Assembly: GCF_009914755.1 (NCBI RefSeq) | Contig: NC_060928.1 | Reading direction: 5' to 3' (one strand) | Source of the DNA: the human T2T-CHM13v2.0 reference genome, Homo sapiens | DNA: 64,000 bases | Part shown: positions 58,401 through 64,000 of the stretch, piece after piece | Layout of the letters: each line of letters opens with the position of its first letter | Numbering within the stretch: the first letter of the stretch is position 1 | Made by a program: the position numbers and the translations under genes | The notes under the pieces: generated by a model | The model's database searches: none | Told to the model about the DNA's origin: nothing | What the model saw: the letters and a program-made list of their open reading frames with translations, nothing else

Positions 58401-58490
58401 GTAAGAAGCTCTGGATTATAGACATTTTACCAAAGGTGTGTGTGTGTTTGGTTTAGGCACTTAATGTTCCAAACCTCTCGGAGCATAAGA
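58341..58490 (+). repeat. Right arm of a long inverted repeat (partner 57085-57237)
   Basis: Core ccacttcatcaacaggtaa(g/a)aagctctggattat is 33/34 identical between arms. Confidence 0.92.
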
Positions 58491-58499
58491 GGTTCAAAA

Positions 58500-59320
58500 T
58501 AGTGAGGTGGAAATCAGCCATCAGGCAATTGAAATGGGATGTGTAATTAGAATGGTGCGTGGTGCTATACTGGTTTCCTCAGGATTGGATTAACAAGGAT
58601 TAGTGCCTTTCCTATGTCCTGAACAGTAGCAGGGCTTAAATCAGCATGCTCATACATGTTAGCCCTATAAGAAGGCTAGCAACTGAGCATAGAAACCAAG
58701 CAGCTAGAGGCTGTGGGTGGGGGTTCATCAAGAAGGAGCTGAGAAAAGGCCAGAAAAAGTTGATCCAGAGCAGATCCCCATAGCAGGAAACTGTGTGATG
58801 AGGAGACTCTTGATGGATCCACACACATACCCCCAAAAACTCAATCACTTGAACCATTTGCCACACAGTGTCCATGCCCAGTTGAAGATTTCCAGGGAAA
58901 GACAATGATTATCAATAGTCTACAGAGGTATCAATTAAAGAAACAGAACTAATAATCTCTGTGTGATCCTTCATGCCTGTGTCAACACAAAACCAAATGG
59001 CGAGAAAACAGGAGTTAAGTAGCAGGGAAGCTCCCCACCCCCCACTCCCATTCAAATTATCCTCGGCAAACCTAAGCTAGAGAGAAGAGAATGTTACACT
59101 GCTTATAAAGCTGTAATTTTAAATTTGACTGATCCTTTTTTTTTTTTTTTTTCAATACCTGAATGTGATCAGGCAGCCAAGGGATTCACCTGAGATGTTA
59201 ACGAATGGGAAAACCATGTTTAAAGGTGGTCCCTCAAGAAATAATAAAACTCTATCTCCTTTGCAGTCCCTGTGGAGTTTGGACTGTTCAAAACCCTAGT
59301 TGTAAGTGTTATAAATAAGG
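58500..59320 (+). mobile_element. Probable ancient ERV LTR (LTR78-like)
   Basis: Interrupts the mirror homology as a block; motifs gtaattttaaatttgactg and tacctgaatgtga recall LTR78-type elements; family uncertain. Confidence 0.35.
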
Positions 59321-60278
59321 TATAGGAGTAACCAAGAATGTCGTGAGAGCACTTAGCAAAGACAACTAACATAATGTGAGGTGTCAAAGAAGCCTCAGAA
59401 ATGTTTATAGCTGTGAAAAACCATTACCTCAGTCAACCTCTCTAAGCCTCAATTTTGCTTCTGTAAAGTTACTTGCCAAAGTCATTGAGTCATGTTTATT
59501 TTGGTCTTGACTCTAGATTGCTGACTTTAAAAATAGCAAAGGCCTTGCTTTACATAATGCATAGTCTAGTCCACTATTATTAATTTTTTACATAAGTGAG
59601 TTTCACTTTGGACAAAGGTGATTTCATTCCTTTGACTGGTTGACTTGCCTCAAAGTGTTTTGAGGATGGAGGGGTTTGTTCTTGAGTTGTTAGAGAAACA
59701 TGAGGTCTAGTGCAAATACAGGCTTCAAAAACCATATCTTTTGGGTTAGTCGTATTTCTCAAGGAGGAAAAGGAAAGTGAGCGGAACAAAAGAACAAATA
59801 CAAGACATTCTGAGGAACACCAGAGCAGGACTCCAACTGACTTACTGAGGTTTTATCCACATTAGGATGGAAGCTGCCACTGAGGAGAGAGATGCTCATC
59901 CTAGCCTCGTTGTTCACCCAGGTGTGTGACCTAGCAGCTCACACCTCCAATCTTACCCACCTCTCCTCTGTCTATTGTGGGTGTGCTTTAAGTTCCAGCA
60001 GCAGAAACAAAGAAGTTTTTTTTCTTTTCTCTTTCCTTTCTTTCTTCCTTTTGAAAATTTTCTTATGTCTGATTTTTATATTCCGTCCCTTTTGTCTCCT
60101 ACCTTGTGTACTCTGCCTACAAGAAATGAAATAAACCCTCTGTAATGGCAGTGACTCAAGAGAATAAATTCTCAAACCAAAAGCAGCCACTTTATTCAGA
60201 AAATTTTTAACATATCTTGGCCTGGCAATACTTTTACTTTCATTTCATTAAGAGATTTCAAAACCTGGGAAACATTAA

Positions 60279-61447
<1,169 letters not shown>

Positions 61448-62292
61448 TCCTTTGTAGGTTAGCATTGATTGTTTTCATCTTTACTTGTTGCAAATTCTGG
61501 CCCAAGTTGTATATTGAATGTTAAAAAGTGGCTTTATGTTATAATTATTTAAATTGAGAAGAAAGCTTCTTTAAATGGAATGACAAAATCCTCTAGTTTC
61601 AGAAACTGAAACTTTTTTATCAATAAAATGCTGTAACATTTTTTTGCACCTCCTGTAAATTACTACTTGTAATTTGTGAAGCTGCTATCATTTAGCATTT
61701 GGTTATATGGACTAGTAATAATTTTCTTCATAATAGATGATAAAAATTTAATATAAACTAGGTTATATCATAGTGTGGCTCCTTTATCTAAAATTAATTT
61801 AAATACAGAACATGAATAATAGAAAAATATTTTACATGCAATTTAAAGAAAGGATATGCAAAGTACAAAGTACATTTTCATCTCATAAGACAGTTACCAG
61901 ATTTATTCAATGAAAACAGATTCTGGTTTTATAATTTGCACATTTATAGCTATATAAACCTTTTTACACTTTTGCACTGTATTTTCTTTTTAGTGTGCTT
62001 TCATTTGACTGGGGAAAAAGAACCAAATCTCTGACTCTCAAATCTCTATTTACAAGTTTAGAAAAAAGAGACTGTATTGACTCTAGTTAAGTTTAATTAT
62101 TTAGCCAATACATATTAAGATAAGACAGGTTTAATATGGCTCTTTTAATAATAATAATGATCAATTATCCTCAACTTCCTGTTACTATTTTAGTTTGGGG
62201 ATAAAACATTTCCATAAACCTCACTTTAGATGTAGTTTTGCAATTTGGAAAGTAGTTTTGAGTTTCCTAAAAAGTATCTGTTTCCCTCCAAC

Positions 62293-62817
62293 CCCAAATA
62301 AAATGGAAGTGTATGTCTATGCAAAGGCGTACATGTGAATATTCACAGAAGCATTATTCACAAATAAAAAACACTGGAAACAATTCAAATGCCTATTAAA
62401 AGGTGAATTGTAAAACATAATGTGGTATATCTATGTGTTAGAATACTAGTCAACAATAAAAATGAAAGGAGTCACTGATAACATGCAACAATATGAAACC
62501 TCAGAAATATTACACTAAGTGAAAGAAGCTACACACAAAAGGCTACACATGGTATGGTTACGTTTATATGAAATTACTATAAAAGGCACCACAATAGAGG
62601 CAGAGAACAAATAGATCGATGTTTGCCTGGGACTTGTGATAGGAGTGAGGATTGGCTGAAATGGGCATGAGGTAACTTTTCAAAGTGATAAAAATGCTCT
62701 CCAACTAGATTGTGGTTTTGATTGAACAACTGTAAACTTAATAAAACTCTACCAAAATGTACACTTAAAATTGGTGAATTTATGGCAAGTTACACATACA
62801 TAAACCTTTGAAAAAAA
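62293..62817 (+). mobile_element. L1MB8/L1ME1-like 3' end
   Basis: gcattattcac...ctggaaacaattcaaatgcc; ctaagtgaaagaagc; aaatgggcatgagg...gattgtggt...tgtacacttaaaattggtgaattt. Confidence 0.75.
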
Positions 62818-64000
62818 TCTAGGCTTATTCTATTCTTCTTTTGTTAATATTTCATATATTTCTCTGCTTTTTATTCATGATCAGAGTAGAACATTTTTCA
62901 TTCTGTGATCTTCTTCTACTGAAAACTTACCCAAATATAGCAGCTCTTTATATCTCCCTCCTTCTGTCTGCCTGGCTTGTTCATTCACTCAGTCATTCAA
63001 TTATTCAACAAAACTATATTGAGCATCTACCAAGTATCAAGCCCTGTGCTAGGTGCTGAAAATGCAAGATGAATAAGTCATCTCCTAATGCTCCTCTCTT
63101 CCTTTCATTATGAACTCTGTCTTCATTTTACAGGCACACTTACCCATCTTTTCTACTTCTACTAACTATCTTATTTAGGTCAGCAGTTTTCTATGTTGGT
63201 TCAGTGCTTTGCAAAAGTACTACCTTGAAGTGTCAATCTTTTATACTATAATGAATGTATCTTTAAAAGACTTAAACAACTCAAAATTAAGTCATCAGTT
63301 AAATGATTTATTTATTTATTTATTTTCTCAAAAGACACACCAGACAACACCAATGGTTTGGGTAAAAGGATTTTTGTTTTACTCAGCAACACCAACTTTA
63401 CTGTCCCCATCAGTAACATCTAAGGCAGTTCTGAATTTGTGTGAAAGTTTCTCTCTACGCTGACGGAAGGACTTCCAAGCCTTCTCTGGAGATGTCCCTA
63501 AAACCAAAACTGGCTTTTGGATTGGGATCCATTTTCTAGACTCAATGTGATATACTTAATAGTTTCTAGAAATTATTTTTGAGTTAATTACATTTTCTGG
63601 ATTCGTTCATGCACTCTTTCTGCAAAAATTTTCATCTTGTAACTCTTGTGCATCAGACCTCAAGCTAAACAAGACGTCTGCAAGATGAGGCCTAAAGTTT
63701 GCCCTAGGCATACAGTGTGAGAAAAAGGCAAGCAAAATGACAAGACAGAAAAGGGCAAAACAATAAAAGCCTATACAGAGAACAAAAATTACATATACAG
63801 TGTTAGATAAATATAGCTTTTTCTGAAGGTAATATTGAGCTGATTTTCAAAAACTAAGGGTGTCATAGGAATACAAAGAGTAAAATGGTAAGGTACCCAA
63901 GCTAAGGTAACAACATATGCAAAAGTCATGGTCAGGGGCATTATATATAACACAGACAGATAGTTGTAATGTGTGGTGCAACTGGGGAAGTGTCTGGACG

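Overview
AT-rich human genomic DNA (two copies of the human-specific AluYa5 subfamily are present). Most of the window is transposon-derived: a full-length but inactive L1PA7-like element (13.5-19.9 kb), a nested L1MC3/Alu/L1PA8/L1ME block (23.8-31.6 kb), nine Alus, a Tigger4 fragment and many MIR/L2/L3/MaLR/hAT relics. I cannot recognise any intact protein-coding gene, tRNA or rRNA; the ORF track is almost all repeat-derived or chance. Two things stand out. (1) An inverted duplication of apparently non-repeat DNA centred near 57.8 kb. Its best-conserved core (about 150 bp, about 82% identical by hand alignment) is a TATA-like motif, a short exon and a splice donor on each arm. Weaker mirror homology runs outward into decayed hydrophobic coding-like stretches, which suggests a fossil head-to-head paralogous gene pair. 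(2) Two nearly identical AluYa5 copies in inverted, tail-to-tail orientation only about 1.7 kb apart. Subfamily names come from recalled consensus motifs, not a RepeatMasker run, and boundaries of old repeats are approximate.
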